Below, piece by piece: positions 1 to 9,910 of a stretch of 64,000 bases of DNA. The notes beneath the pieces were generated by a model. The model searched no databases, had not been told where the DNA came from, and saw only the letters and a list, made by a program, of their open reading frames with translations. The translations under genes and the position numbers were made by a program. The DNA comes from Mobula hypostoma. Lineage: Eukaryota. Each line of letters opens with the position of its first letter. Positions within the stretch are counted from its first letter, which is position 1. The stretch covers positions 113,090,001-113,154,000 of the forward strand of contig NC_086107.1 of assembly GCF_963921235.1 (NCBI RefSeq). The letters run 5' to 3'.

Positions 1-181
1 CCTGCCATTTTTCGGAGTTTCCCCAGCAGGCTGGCATCTGACTCACTCATCATGGGAACACGAGCCTGGAGACCACAGCGTGAGCTGGATGGACAGCTGG
101 ACCCGTGGTGGCTTTCTGGCCGCAGAGTGCTTGGATATTGCTTGCTGCCTTTAAACTCACTGAATCTATCAGGGAACTCTA
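1..181 (-). CDS. Candidate coding exon of an unidentified minus-strand gene (runs off window edge)
   Basis: Minus strand ctcctgtag|TA GAG TTC..., stop-free to the edge: (V)EFPDRFSEFKGSKQYPSTLRPESHHGSSCPSSSRCGLQARVPMMSESDASLLGKLRKMA. Phase 1 matches the donor at 1491. Non-repetitive; pyrimidine tract short; no homolog recognised. Confidence 0.3.
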
Positions 182-192
182 CTACAGGAGGC

Positions 193-300
193 CACTAAGC
201 TGTGCCGGTGCGTGGCCGCGCAATAACTGCAATGTTCCCGCGCACATAGCCTTCATTGCTGCGCAGCAGGAATTGGACGCAGCTACAAAAGGTTTACGAA
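193..300 (-). mobile_element. End fragment of a DNA transposon (same family as 7770-7993)
   Basis: Reverse complement aaggctatgtgcgcgggaacattgcagtt...gcacagcttag matches 7931-7990 aaggctatgtgcgtgggagcatttcagtc...gcacagcttag. Confidence 0.55.
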
Positions 301-531
301 AGGTGAAAGATCTTTGTTGTACTCTATTCACTATACCCTTCAATTGATAGATAAAATGAAAAGTATAAGTTTTTTCAGTTTCCATTCTAAATATTCAAAG
401 TTTGCATATTACAAAAAAGAAAACATTTAAAGGGTTATAAACACAAAATACTCTGCAGATGCTGGGGTCAAAGCAACACTCACAACACGCTGGAGGAACT
501 CAGCAGGTCGGGCAGCGTCCGTGGAAACGAT

Positions 532-569
532 CAGTCAACGTTTCGGGCCGGAACCCTTCGTCAGGACTG
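532..569 (-). ncRNA. Minimal type I hammerhead ribozyme motif in PLE pLTR
   Basis: Minus strand CAGUC-CUGACGA-A-GGGU(UCCG)GCCC-GAAA-CG-UU-GACUG: stem I CAGUC/GACUG, both conserved cores, palindromic AACGUU stem III. Confidence 0.8.
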
Positions 570-672
570 AAGAGGGAAGGGGCAGAGGCTCTATAAAGAG
601 GGTGGTGGGAGGGTGGGAAGGAGAAGGCTGGTAGGTTCCAGGTGAAAAACCAGTAAGGGGAAAGATAAAGGG

Positions 673-996
673 GTGGGGGACTTCACTTGTGAGTCTGTTG
701 GGGTCATCTATTGCATCCGGTGCTCCCGGTGCGGCCTCCTCTACATTGGTGAAACCCAACGCAGATTGGAGGACCGCTTCATCGAGCACCTCCGCTCCGT
801 CCACCACAACAGACAGGATCTCCCAGTAGCCACCCACTTCAACTCTGCTTCCCATTCCCATTCAGATATGTCAATACATGGCCTCCTCTACTGCCATGAT
901 GAGGCTAAACTCAGGTTGGAGGAGCAACACCTCATACACCGTGTAAGTAGTCTCCAGCCCCTTGGTATGAACATAGAATTCTCTAACTTCCAGTAA
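673..996 (+). pseudogene. PLE GIY-YIG endonuclease C-terminal fragment
   Basis: VIYCIRCSRCGLLYIGETQRRLEDRFIEHL...VATHFNS...LEEQHLI...GMN: GIY-YIG motif with CxxC insert typical of PLEs. Confidence 0.9.
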
Positions 997-1260
997 TTCC
1001 CTTCCCCTCCCTTCCTCTATCCCTATGTCACTCTGCCCCCTCCCCCAGCTGCCTATCACCTCCCTCATGGTTCCGCCTCCTTCTACTACCCATTGTGTTT
1101 TCCCCTGTTCCTTCTCCACCTTTCCTGCCTATCACCTCCCTGCCTCCCCTCCCCCACCCCTTTATCTTTCCCCTTACTGGTTTTTCACCTGGAACCTACC
1201 AGCCTTCTCCTTCCCACCCTCCCCCCACCTTCTTTATAGGGTCTCTGCCCCTTCCCCCTA

Positions 1261-1298
1261 CAGTCCTGACGAAGGGTTCCAGCCGGAAACGTTGACGG
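1261..1298 (+). ncRNA. Minimal hammerhead ribozyme motif (stem II partly mutated)
   Basis: cagtc-ctgacga-agggttccagccg-gaaa-cgtt-gacgg. Confidence 0.7.
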
Positions 1299-1490
1299 TT
1301 CGTTTCCACGAATGCTGCCCGACCTGCTGAGTTCCTCCAGCGTGTTGTGAGTGTTGCTTTGACCCCAGCATCTGCAGAGTATTTTGTGTTTACAACACTT
1401 TAAATGTTTTTTTGGTAATATGGTTTTCAGGCCGTGTAAAAATTTCCTGCTCAGCTGTTGCAGGCATTCCCTGGGTGACCAACACCTAAC

Positions 1491-1761
1491 CTTCCGGACA
1501 CCCTGATCGAACAAGCATTTGGGCAATCGGTGGGCAGGATGAGAGTGAATCTGCTGGCTTCTGTTGGGCTGCAGCCACCTCCTGCCGGGTGGGAAATGAC
1601 GCATTTCCGCGTGCCTCCTCTCTGCAAACCCCCTCTGAGCTGCAGCAAGCAGGGTGTAGCCCAGCAGAGCTGGAGCATTGAGCAGATTCGCTCACCGGGT
1701 CGGTGAAACAGGTTGGCGGCCGCTCCTCCCGTGACCGCTCACTGTTCCCGCGACCTTGCAC
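1491..1761 (-). CDS. Candidate exon of the same unidentified minus-strand gene (5' boundary uncertain)
   Basis: GC-rich unique sequence, open frame ...QGRGNSERSREE...AQMLVRSGCPE, ending at GAAG|gttagg donor (phase 1). In-frame stops lie just upstream, so coding may begin at the internal ATG (MLVRSGCPE). Confidence 0.3.
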
Positions 1762-2104
1762 TATTCTGATTCACTCCAGTTACTAACTTCCCCCGGGATT
1801 GGGACCCTGCTCCAACCTGGGGAACACATCTACCAAGTAACATATATAACAAACGTACTGTGTTTGGGCAACTTTCAACAGTCTAGAAGGTCTGCTCGAC
1901 CGTCACTGAAGTCTCATGGTTGGTGGACTATCTGAGCTCTACTTTAAATCGCGAAACAAAAGATTTGGCAGACACCATTATTTTTCCTCGAGCCTCATTC
2001 ATGCACTTTGGTCCACTGCAGAGATTGTCCACGGCAGCACAACCCTACTCCAGAAGAGAAAAGGAAGTCTCGATACGTGAAGCTTCTCTGCTTTCACCTT
2101 AACG

Positions 2105-2560
2105 GCAGAAGCGCATCATGGTAGAAAGGTCATGAAGGACCCCCTCCCCTGCTCACCACCACCATCCAGGTCAGGCTCTCTTCTCACTGCTGCCATGAGG
2201 GAGGAGGTACAGGAGCCTCAGTTCCCACACCACCAGGTTCAGGAACAGTAACTACCCTTTAACCATCAGCCTCCTGAACCAGTGTGGATCACTTCACTCA
2301 CCTCAACACAACCTATGGACTCACTTTCAAGGACTCTAGAACTCACGTTCTCAGTATTATTTATTAATTTGTTTTGTATTTGCACAGTTTGTCAACAAAC
2401 TGACACAAGAACCTTGGTTGCTACTCAGTCATTGTGTGTCACTTTCTATTGGTTTTATTGTATTTCTTTGCTCGACTCAGAATGCCTGCAAGAAAATAAA
2501 TCCCAGAGTAGTGACTGGTGACATATACGTACTTTGAAAATGACTTTATTTGAACTTTGG
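2105..2560 (+). mobile_element. Rex1/Babar-type LINE 3' fragment
   Basis: HHPGQALFSLLP-GRRYRSL...TTRFRNS-like end of ORF plus T-rich 3' UTR shared with many copies in the window. Confidence 0.8.
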
Positions 2561-2689
2561 AACTATGATGCCTTGTGCTTTCCAAGACACACCTCTGAAC
2601 TGCAAGGACTGTGAAAATTCCCAGTGCTCCAATAAAGTAGCATCATGGCCCTCACTGGGGATTAGACCTGCACCGCACGAAATTCATCA

Positions 2690-2975
2690 GTTCTGGGGAG
2701 GGAGAGTCTAGGACCAAACAGCACAGCCTCAGCGTACAACAGAGATGAGGAGGAATTTCTTCAGCCAGACGATGGTAAACCTGTGGAATTCATTGCCACA
2801 AACGGCTGTGCAAGCCAAGTCATTGAGTATATTTAAAGCAGGGGTTCTTGATTAATCAGGCTGTCAAAGGTTACAGAAAGGAGAATGGAGCTGAGGGGGA
2901 TAATAAATCAGCCATGATGGAATAGCGAAGCAGACTTGACGGGCCAAATGGCCTAATTCTGTTCCTATGGCTATG
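2690..2975 (+). mobile_element. CR1 LINE 3' fragment
   Basis: gagatgaggaggaatttcttcagccag...gggccaaatggcctaattctg CR1 3' terminus. Confidence 0.8.
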
Positions 2976-3059
2976 CTGACCATCCATGAATCCTTCATTT
3001 GTCTCACTTTATTCTTCTTAGATTCCCATTAACTCCTCCAGAGTTAAACTAGTGTTTAT

Positions 3060-4030
3060 CTTCTTGCTGCCCATTACGCCAGTGGCACTTAGGGAGGCAA
3101 TGAAAGTCCTCCATCTCTGGTGGTGTTCAGTGGTTTTCTTTCAGATTTCACTCCTGTCAGTCATGCAAGTCCCGGGTGGAGACTCAGGAATACCATCGCA
3201 CTCAGATATAGAAGGGTTCTTCATTGCGGTTTCTGTAACAGTTTTTTTGTCCAGTCGGGGTTATTAGCCCTGAGCTGAACCCCCGAACCTGGAGGACCGG
3301 TGGACCTCTCTTAGTCTGGCCTCTACGCTTTGACCTGTTTGGCAGGGGTGACCCTACCAAGAGCCAAAGCCCATTACGCCAGTGGCACTTAGGGAGGCAA
3401 TGAAAGTCCTCCATCTCTGGTGGTGTTCAGTGGTTTTCTTTCAGATTTCACTCCTGTCAGTCATGCAAGTCCCGGGTGGAGACTCAGGAATACCATCGCA
3501 CTCAGATATAGAAGGGTTCTTCATTGCGGTTTCTGTAACAGTTTTTTTGTCCAGTCGGGGTTATTAGCCCTGAGCTGAACCCCCGAACCTGGAGGACCGG
3601 TGGACCTCTCTTAGTCTCGCTTTGACCTGTTTGGCAGGGGTGACCCTACCAAGAGCCAAAGCCCATTACGCCAGTGGCACTTAGGGAGGCAATGAAAGTC
3701 CTCCATCTCTGGTGGTGTTCAGTGGTTTTCTTTCAGATTTCACTCCTGTCAGTCATGCAAGTCCCGGGTGGAGACTCAGGAATACCATCGCACTCAGATA
3801 TAGAAGGGTTCTTCATTGCGGTTTCTGTAACAGTTTTTTTGTCCAGTCGGGGTTATTAGCCCTGAGCTGAACCCCCGAACCTGGAGGACCGGTGGACCTC
3901 TCTTAGTCTCGCTTTGACCTGTTTGGCAGGGGTGACCCTACCAAGAGCCAAAGCATAAAGCCCTGACTCCAGCCAGCCGAGCTCTCCGGGTCATTGAGGC
4001 ACACAAACCTCCAAACCCCACGACAAGTTT
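3060..4030 (-). mobile_element. Non-autonomous bipartite RTE-derived element with internal tandem triplication
   Basis: Same family as 26335-26705 and 41305-41720: RTE-like 5' UTR (cttgtcgtggggtttggagg...gggtcaccc...) joined to an RTE-like 3' end (agatggaggactttcattgcc...gtaatgggcag). Confidence 0.75.
3069..3952. repeat. Tandem triplication, units of 300/292/292 bp
   Basis: gcccattacg starts at 3069, 3369 and 3661. Units look identical except for an 8 bp segment present only in unit 1. Confidence 0.97.
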
Positions 4031-4304
4031 GTCTCCCCAGTTCTGATGAAGCACTCTTGACCTTAAACATTAACTTTTTCTCTTTCCAGTCACCGTCTAA
4101 TCTGAGACTTTCCAGGATTTTGTTTCTATTTTAGATTTCCTGTGCCTACAGTTTTCCTTTTCCATTATTTTGTGCTGTCTCTACACCATTGACTATACTC
4201 ATACTACGACCCAACTTGTCCTACTGATCAAGATGCCATGTAAGCTAGACCCATGAGTTTATGTTTGACCCATATCCCTCTATTCCTATTCATATACCTG
4301 TCCA

Positions 4305-4820
4305 GAGGGGTGTATAGGGTGTCCAGGGAGGGGCAACAACTCTGGTGAAGGGGCTTGTTGTGCCCATTCCAGGCCAGCTCACTCACCTTTGGTCCCCACC
4401 AGACACTCAGCTCTCACCTGTAGCTCCAAGTATCACTTTGCAAGTGATAGTGGCCACATCTATAAACCAGACGAGGGTATCCAGCAGCCTTAAACCCCGG
4501 TGAAACAGGGTCATGCCTGTCCCAGCACGCGAAGTCAGCACTGGGGGACGGGGCAGATGAGATCTACGGTGAGATCCAAAGGCCAAGAAGGTGGTTCTAC
4601 AACGCTCCACGGGGAGTGAAGGGCATGACAAGGCACAGAAGACGTCATGGTCATCCACTGTAACCAAGGATGACCCCAGTTTGTGATGCTTGTTCGTACC
4701 ACTAGACCCAGAGTTCTGAGGTCGAGAGAGCAGAACTGCCCCAGTTTAAGGCTTTTTCACTTTAAGAACTCTCCTGCACAGGTCTCCTGTCATCGTTGGA
4801 CAAGATGGACAACCACCACC
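4305..4820 (+). mobile_element. Probable non-autonomous RTE-related element
   Basis: GC-balanced non-coding body ending in catcgttggacaagatggacaaccaccacc, resembling RTE 3' ends with a short tandem tail. Confidence 0.45.
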
Positions 4821-4994
4821 TCAATGTACTGATGTCTATTAAATGTTGTTATGGTAAACACTTAAACCACAACTACTTGCTCTGGCTGCTCGTTCCAGGT
4901 ATTCACCATCCTCTACATGAAGACGCCCCTTTTAACTCTTTCCCTGTCACCTTAAACCTACGCCCTCCTCTACAGAAGAGAGAACCGTCTTAAA

Positions 4995-5525
4995 GTGGGG
5001 GGGCCACTTAGTTCGGCACCTCCACTCAATCCACCAAAAGCGGGACTTTATGGTGGCCTAATATTTTACTACAATTCCTGTTCCGACATGTCGGTCCATG
5101 GCCTCCTCATGTGCCAAGATGAGGCCACCCTCAGGGTGGAGGAACACCTTGCCTTTAGTCCGTGTAGCCTCCAACATTATGGCATGAATATTGACCTCCT
5201 TCTGGTCAAAAAAATTTGCCCCCCCCTTCCCTATCCCCCATTCTGGCCTTTTACCCATTCTCACCTGGCTATCACCTCCCCTTCGGTCCTCTCCTCCTTT
5301 CCGCTATCCTCTATCAGATTTCTTCTCCAGTCCTCGACCTTTCCCACCCACCTGGCTTCATCTATCACTTTTGAGCTGTCCTCCCTCCCCCCCACCAACT
5401 TTTATATTCTGGCATCTTCCCCCTTCCTTTCCAGCCCTCAAGAAGCATCTCGGCCGAAAACGTCACCTGTCACATTTCCACGGATGCTGCCTGACCTGCA
5501 GAGTTCCTCCAGCGTTTTGTGGGTG
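4995..5525 (+). mobile_element. Degenerate PLE 3' fragment (GIY-YIG end + pLTR)
   Basis: SDMSVHGLLMCQDEATLRVEEHL...GMN homologous to 673-996; decayed hammerhead region at ~5431-5470 and gctgcctgacctgcagagttcctccagc pLTR end. Confidence 0.85.
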
Positions 5526-5549
5526 CATCTCTCGTTACTGTTTCACTTT

Positions 5550-6258
5550 CTCTGGAGGGAAAGACTGTAGGTTCATCTTATCTATATCCCTCATGATTTT
5601 AAAAACTGCTATAGACACTCCTTATGATAATACGCTCAACGTTACTCCTCAATCTCCTACACTCCAAGGAATAAAATCCTAGCCGGCTCTAGGTCTCCCT
5701 GTAACTCAGACCCTTGAGCCCTGGCAACATTCTAGTTAAATCTTCTTGGTGAACTGTGCACTTCGACCAGAAGATACAGGAGCAGAATTAGGCCATTCGG
5801 CCCATCAAATCTACTTTACCTGATTATGACTGATATATTTTCCCTCTCAATCGCATTCGTCTATGATGTGCTTACTAATTAAGAACCCATCAACCGCCGC
5901 TTTAAATATACCCAACGACTTGGCCTCCACAGCTGTCTGTGGCAATGAATTCCACAGATTCACCACCCTCTGGTTAAAAAAAATTCCTCCTCACCTCTAT
6001 TCTAAAGGGATATCCTTCTATTCTGAGGCTGTGCCCTCTGGTCCGACACTCTCCCACTATAGGAAACATCCTTCGCACCCACTCTATCCAGGCCTTTCAA
6101 AATTTGGTAGGTTTCCATGAGATCCCCACCATTCTTCTAAACTCCAGTGAGTACAGACCCATCAAATGTTCCTAGTACATTAACCCTTTCATTGCCAGGA
6201 TAATTCTTGTAATCCTCCTCTGATCTTCTCCAATGCCAGAACATACTTGCTCAGATAC
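5550..6258 (-). mobile_element. Two CR1 3' fragments
   Basis: ggagcagaattaggccattcggcccatc CR1 3' end at ~5779; RT C-terminal-like sequence upstream on the minus strand. Confidence 0.8.
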
Positions 6259-6261
6259 ATT

Positions 6262-6510
6262 TTATTTATTGTTTTGAGGTACAGAACAGTAACATGGCCT
6301 CCTGGCCCAATAAGTCTATGCCACCCAGTTACATCCCCATGACCGATTAACCCACTAATCCGTACATCAGTAGAATGTGGAAGGAATTTGGAGCACCTGG
6401 CAGAAAGCCAGGGAGAACATACAAACTCCTTACAGACTGCAGCGGGAATTGAACAAAGGTCACTGGCGCTGTACAGCGTTACGCTAACCGCTATGCTACC
6501 ATGCCACCCC
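6262..6510 (-). mobile_element. tRNA-derived V-domain SINE (HE1-like)
   Basis: Minus strand gggtggcatggtagcatagcggtt (A box)...gttcaattcccg (B box)...ggtgctcc..ttcc..ccaca V-domain, A-rich tail. Confidence 0.8.
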
Positions 6511-7189
6511 TGACTTATAGGGAAGGGTTGAATAAGACTAAAGAGTAGGGAAATGAGGGGAGATTTGATAGAGGTATACAAAACTATCAGGAGGTATAGA
6601 CAGGGTGAAAGCTTGCATGCTTTTTCCACTGAGGTTGGGCGAGGCTAGATTTAGGGTGAAATGCGAAGTATTTAAGGGAAATTTGATGGGTAAGTTCATT
6701 TAGAGGGTGGTGCGAGTGTGGAACGAGCGGGTGCCCAAAACCAGGGTCCAATTGTGGTCTAACCAATGCCTTCTCATCAACTCTGCAGCGTCCCAGCAAA
6801 CAAGGTCTGCCAACCATTTCCTCTAGTCAGGCGATGCACGTGTCCAACATGTAATTCTTGAAACTTTCTAGGAGTTTTGGGTTAAGACATGTCTTTGGTA
6901 TTTGGTACAATCTCTTCCTTCATCCGTGGTTTCACCGCACGACTGGACTTGTCAACCGGCAGTATGTTGAGGTCCACAGTGCCAATGTGACCCCACCTGT
7001 CAAGGACCGCGTGGTGGCTACCCGTGCAGCAGCCTCCCTAAAGTCACGCTCAGGCATTGTCCATTAAGGGAATGCACCCTAAAATCCCAATTATGTGCAT
7101 CTCGGATCAGCCTCTGAGGACCCATCAATAGACAACCCCTTGGGGGAACATCAACAGCTAGATCACCTTCACCTTTCTACGTACAGTCA

Positions 7190-7725
7190 AGAGTCACAAC
7201 ACACTGCAGCACAAAACCAGGCCCTTCAGCCCATCTAGTTCCTGCCAGGCTGGTCCTCCGCCGAGTCATAGCTACCTGTAGATGGGCCATAGCTCTTCCC
7301 TCCCCGCTCATCCCTGTACCTATCCAAACTTCTCCTCAATGTTACAATTGACCTCACCTCTACCACTTCTGCTGGCAGCTTGTTAGACACCCTGAGTGAA
7401 GATACCCCTCAGATTTACCTTAAAATTTCACATTTCACCCTCAACCTAGTCTCACAAACCTGAGGGGAAAAGACTGCAAACATTCACCCTGTCCATACCT
7501 TTCAAGCTTTGTATTCCTCTATAAAAATCCCTCTCATTCTCCTGTGCTACAGGGGAAAAAGTCCCAACCTATTCAACCATTTCCTTTAACTCGGGTCACG
7601 CCCCAGCAATATCCTTGTAAATTTTCCCTGAACCCTTTCAAATATTTTTCCTGTAGGTAGGTGACCAGAACTGTACACAATACTCCAAATTCAGCTTCAC
7701 CAACTTCTTATACAACTTCAACATA
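7190..7725 (-). mobile_element. CR1 3' fragment
   Basis: cagcacaaaaccaggcccttcagccc 3' end; tactccaaatt...ccagaactgtacacaa (LEYCVQFW on the minus strand). Confidence 0.75.
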
Positions 7726-7769
7726 AGCTGTGCTGTTGCATTATACTGCCCCCAACCCTCCAAAGACTC

Positions 7770-7993
7770 TGACCACCAAAGTTCCCCCTATTTTTTTTTC
7801 ACTTTTACAGTTGTGCAGACCAACCATTAATCTAAGCAAGAATTTATTATATTTAAAAAAAAAACACAGCTTGAAAACCGCGTGGTACCTGAATGAAACA
7901 TACAAAATAAAATCCCAGCTGCACGGCAACAAAGGCTATGTGCGTGGGAGCATTTCAGTCACGCGTGGCTGCGCACCCGCACAGCTTAGAGCT
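7770..7993 (+). mobile_element. DNA transposon end fragment
   Basis: Shares its terminal segment with 193-300. Confidence 0.5.
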
Positions 7994-7994
7994 T

Positions 7995-8500
7995 AAAGAT
8001 GTACAGTGGACAGCATTCTAACTAGCTGCATCACTGTCTGGTAGTATGGGGGTGAGGGGGCTACTGCACAGGATCGAAATAAGCCGCAGAGTGTTGTAAA
8101 ATTAGTCAGCTCCATCATGGGTACCAGCCTTCATAGTATCCAGGACACCTTTATGGAGGGGTGCCTCAGGAAGGAGGCATTCATCACTAAGGACCCCCCC
8201 GCCCACCCTCAACCCAGGACATGCCCTGTTCTCATTGCTACCATCAGGGAGGAGTCTGAAGGCACACACTCAGCGATTCAGGAACAGCTTCTTCCCCTCT
8301 GTGATCTGATTTCTGAATGGACATTTAACCCATGAATACAACCTAACTGCATTTTATTTTTGGTTTAGCACTAATTTTAATTAAACTATTAATATACATA
8401 TATTCTTACTGCAAGTTAGTTTCTTTTTCTCTATTATTATGCATTGCATTGAACTGCTGCCATAAAACGAATGTATGCCGGTGATATTAAATCTGAATCT
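7995..8500 (+). mobile_element. Rex1/Babar-type LINE 3' fragment
   Basis: CTVDSILTSCITVW...IQDTF...LRKEAFITKDP...FRNSFFPS, then (aatctg)n-like tail. Confidence 0.8.
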
Positions 8501-8659
8501 GAGCAGTGCAGACGCTCTGACCACTTCCTGTGTTGTGGAGCTCACTGACTCGTCCTGTAATCCACTGCCCACCGTCACTACTGATCGTCCTACAGAATGG
8601 TGCCCCGGACAGCACCATTACCATGCTATCCCTTCCAAGGTGGTGGTGGTGGTGGGGCG

Positions 8660-9590
8660 GGCTAAGACTAGGGCACCCAGAGGCAGAGAGGGGTATGGTG
8701 GAAGACTAGGGTACCCAGAGGTGGGGGGGGGTGGAAGACTAGGGTGTCCAAAGGCCGGGGGGGGGGTGGAAGACTAGGGCGTCCAAAGGCCGGAGGGGGG
8801 GAGGTGGAAGACTAGGGCGTCCAAAGGCTGGAGGGGGGGGGTGGAAGACTAGGGCGTCCAAAGGCCGGGGGGGGGGTGGTGGAAGACGAGGGCGTCCAAA
8901 GGCCGGGGGGGGGGGGGGTGGAAGACCAAGGGCGCCCAAAGGCCGGGGGGGGGTGGGGGTGGAAGACCAAGGCGCCCAAAGGCGGGTGGGGGGTGGAAGA
9001 CTAGGGCACCCAAAGGCGGAGTGGGGGGTGGAAGACTAGGGCGCCCAAAGGCGGAGGGGGGGTGGAAGACTAGGGCGCCCAAAGGCGGAGGGGGGGCGGG
9101 GTGGAAGACTAGGGCACCCAAAGGCGGGGGGGGTGGAAGACTAGGGCACCCAAAGGCGGAGGGGGGTGGAAAACTAGGGCACCCAAAGGCGGGGGGGGGG
9201 TGGAAAACTAGGGCACCCAAAGGCGGGGGGGGTGGAAGACTAGGGCACCCAAAGGCGGAGGGGGGGTGGAAGACTAGGGCACCCAAAGGCGGGGGGGGCG
9301 GGGTGGAAGACTAGGGCACCCAAAGGCGGGGGGGGGCGGGGTGGAAGACTAGGGCACCCAAAGGCAGAGGGGGGGTGGAAAACTAGGGCACCCAAAGGCG
9401 GGGGGGGAAGACTAGGGCACCCAAAGGCGGGGGGGGGGAAGACTAGGGCACCCAAAGGCGGGGGGGTGGAAGACTAGTGCGCCCAAAGGCGGGGGGGGGT
9501 GGAAGACTAGGGCACCCAAAGGCGGGGGGGAGGTGGAAGACTAGGGCACCCAAAGGCGGGGGGGGGGAAGACTAGGGCACCCAAAGGTGG
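8660..9590 (+). repeat. G-rich minisatellite, ~27 copies of a ~33 bp unit
   Basis: Unit GGTGGAAGACTAGGGC(A/G)(C/T)CCAAAGGC + G-run of variable length; explains the Pro/Gly-rich ORFs in the track. Confidence 0.97.
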
Positions 9591-9599
9591 GGGAGGAGA

Positions 9600-9910
9600 G
9601 AATGATAGAGAAGCAGGCGGGGGGAGGGAAGCAAAAGATGGGATAGCGCGAATGTGGGGCGGTGAGAAGGAGAGACAGCCGAAACTTCTTTTGAGCGGTA
9701 CAGAAAGGCAAAGTCAGAGGTACTCGGATCGCTGCCGGCACCGTGGACCAAGCAGCGGGTCCGATCCCTCATCAAACTCACCCGAGGGTCCGGAGCGGAG
9801 CTTCCAGCAGCGGCCGAAACTCACCGCCAACTTAGCGACTAGTTACAATGATACCCCGACCGCGCATGCGCCGAACCCACCACTCGCCTCCTCACTTCCT
9901 AATTGTAAAG
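9600..9910 (-). promoter_or_regulatory. CpG-island-like promoter / first exon region
   Basis: Locally high CpG in unique sequence; NRF1-type palindrome GCGCATGCGC at 9862-9871; ETS-like CACTTCCT ~9893; two minus-strand GGTGAGT donors (actcacc at ~9776-9782 and ~9819-9825). Confidence 0.65.

Larger units (their letters stand above)
437..1393 (+). mobile_element. Penelope-like element (PLE), 5'-truncated, with inverted pseudo-LTRs
   Basis: ~245 bp inverted repeat (437-680 vs 1150-1393) flanks a GIY-YIG endonuclease fragment; each arm carries a hammerhead core. Confidence 0.9.

Noticed and set aside
3052..3859. Three identical 61-71 aa ORFs
   Set aside because: Antisense read-through of the triplicated non-coding element.
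6735..7185. Unique stretch as a possible exon of the minus-strand gene
   Set aside because: Stops in the frames checked and no clear splice pair.
8739..9455. Pro/Gly-rich ORFs and CRISPR-like regular spacing
   Set aside because: Translations of a minisatellite; the inter-unit sequence is only G-runs, not unique spacers, and the DNA is vertebrate.
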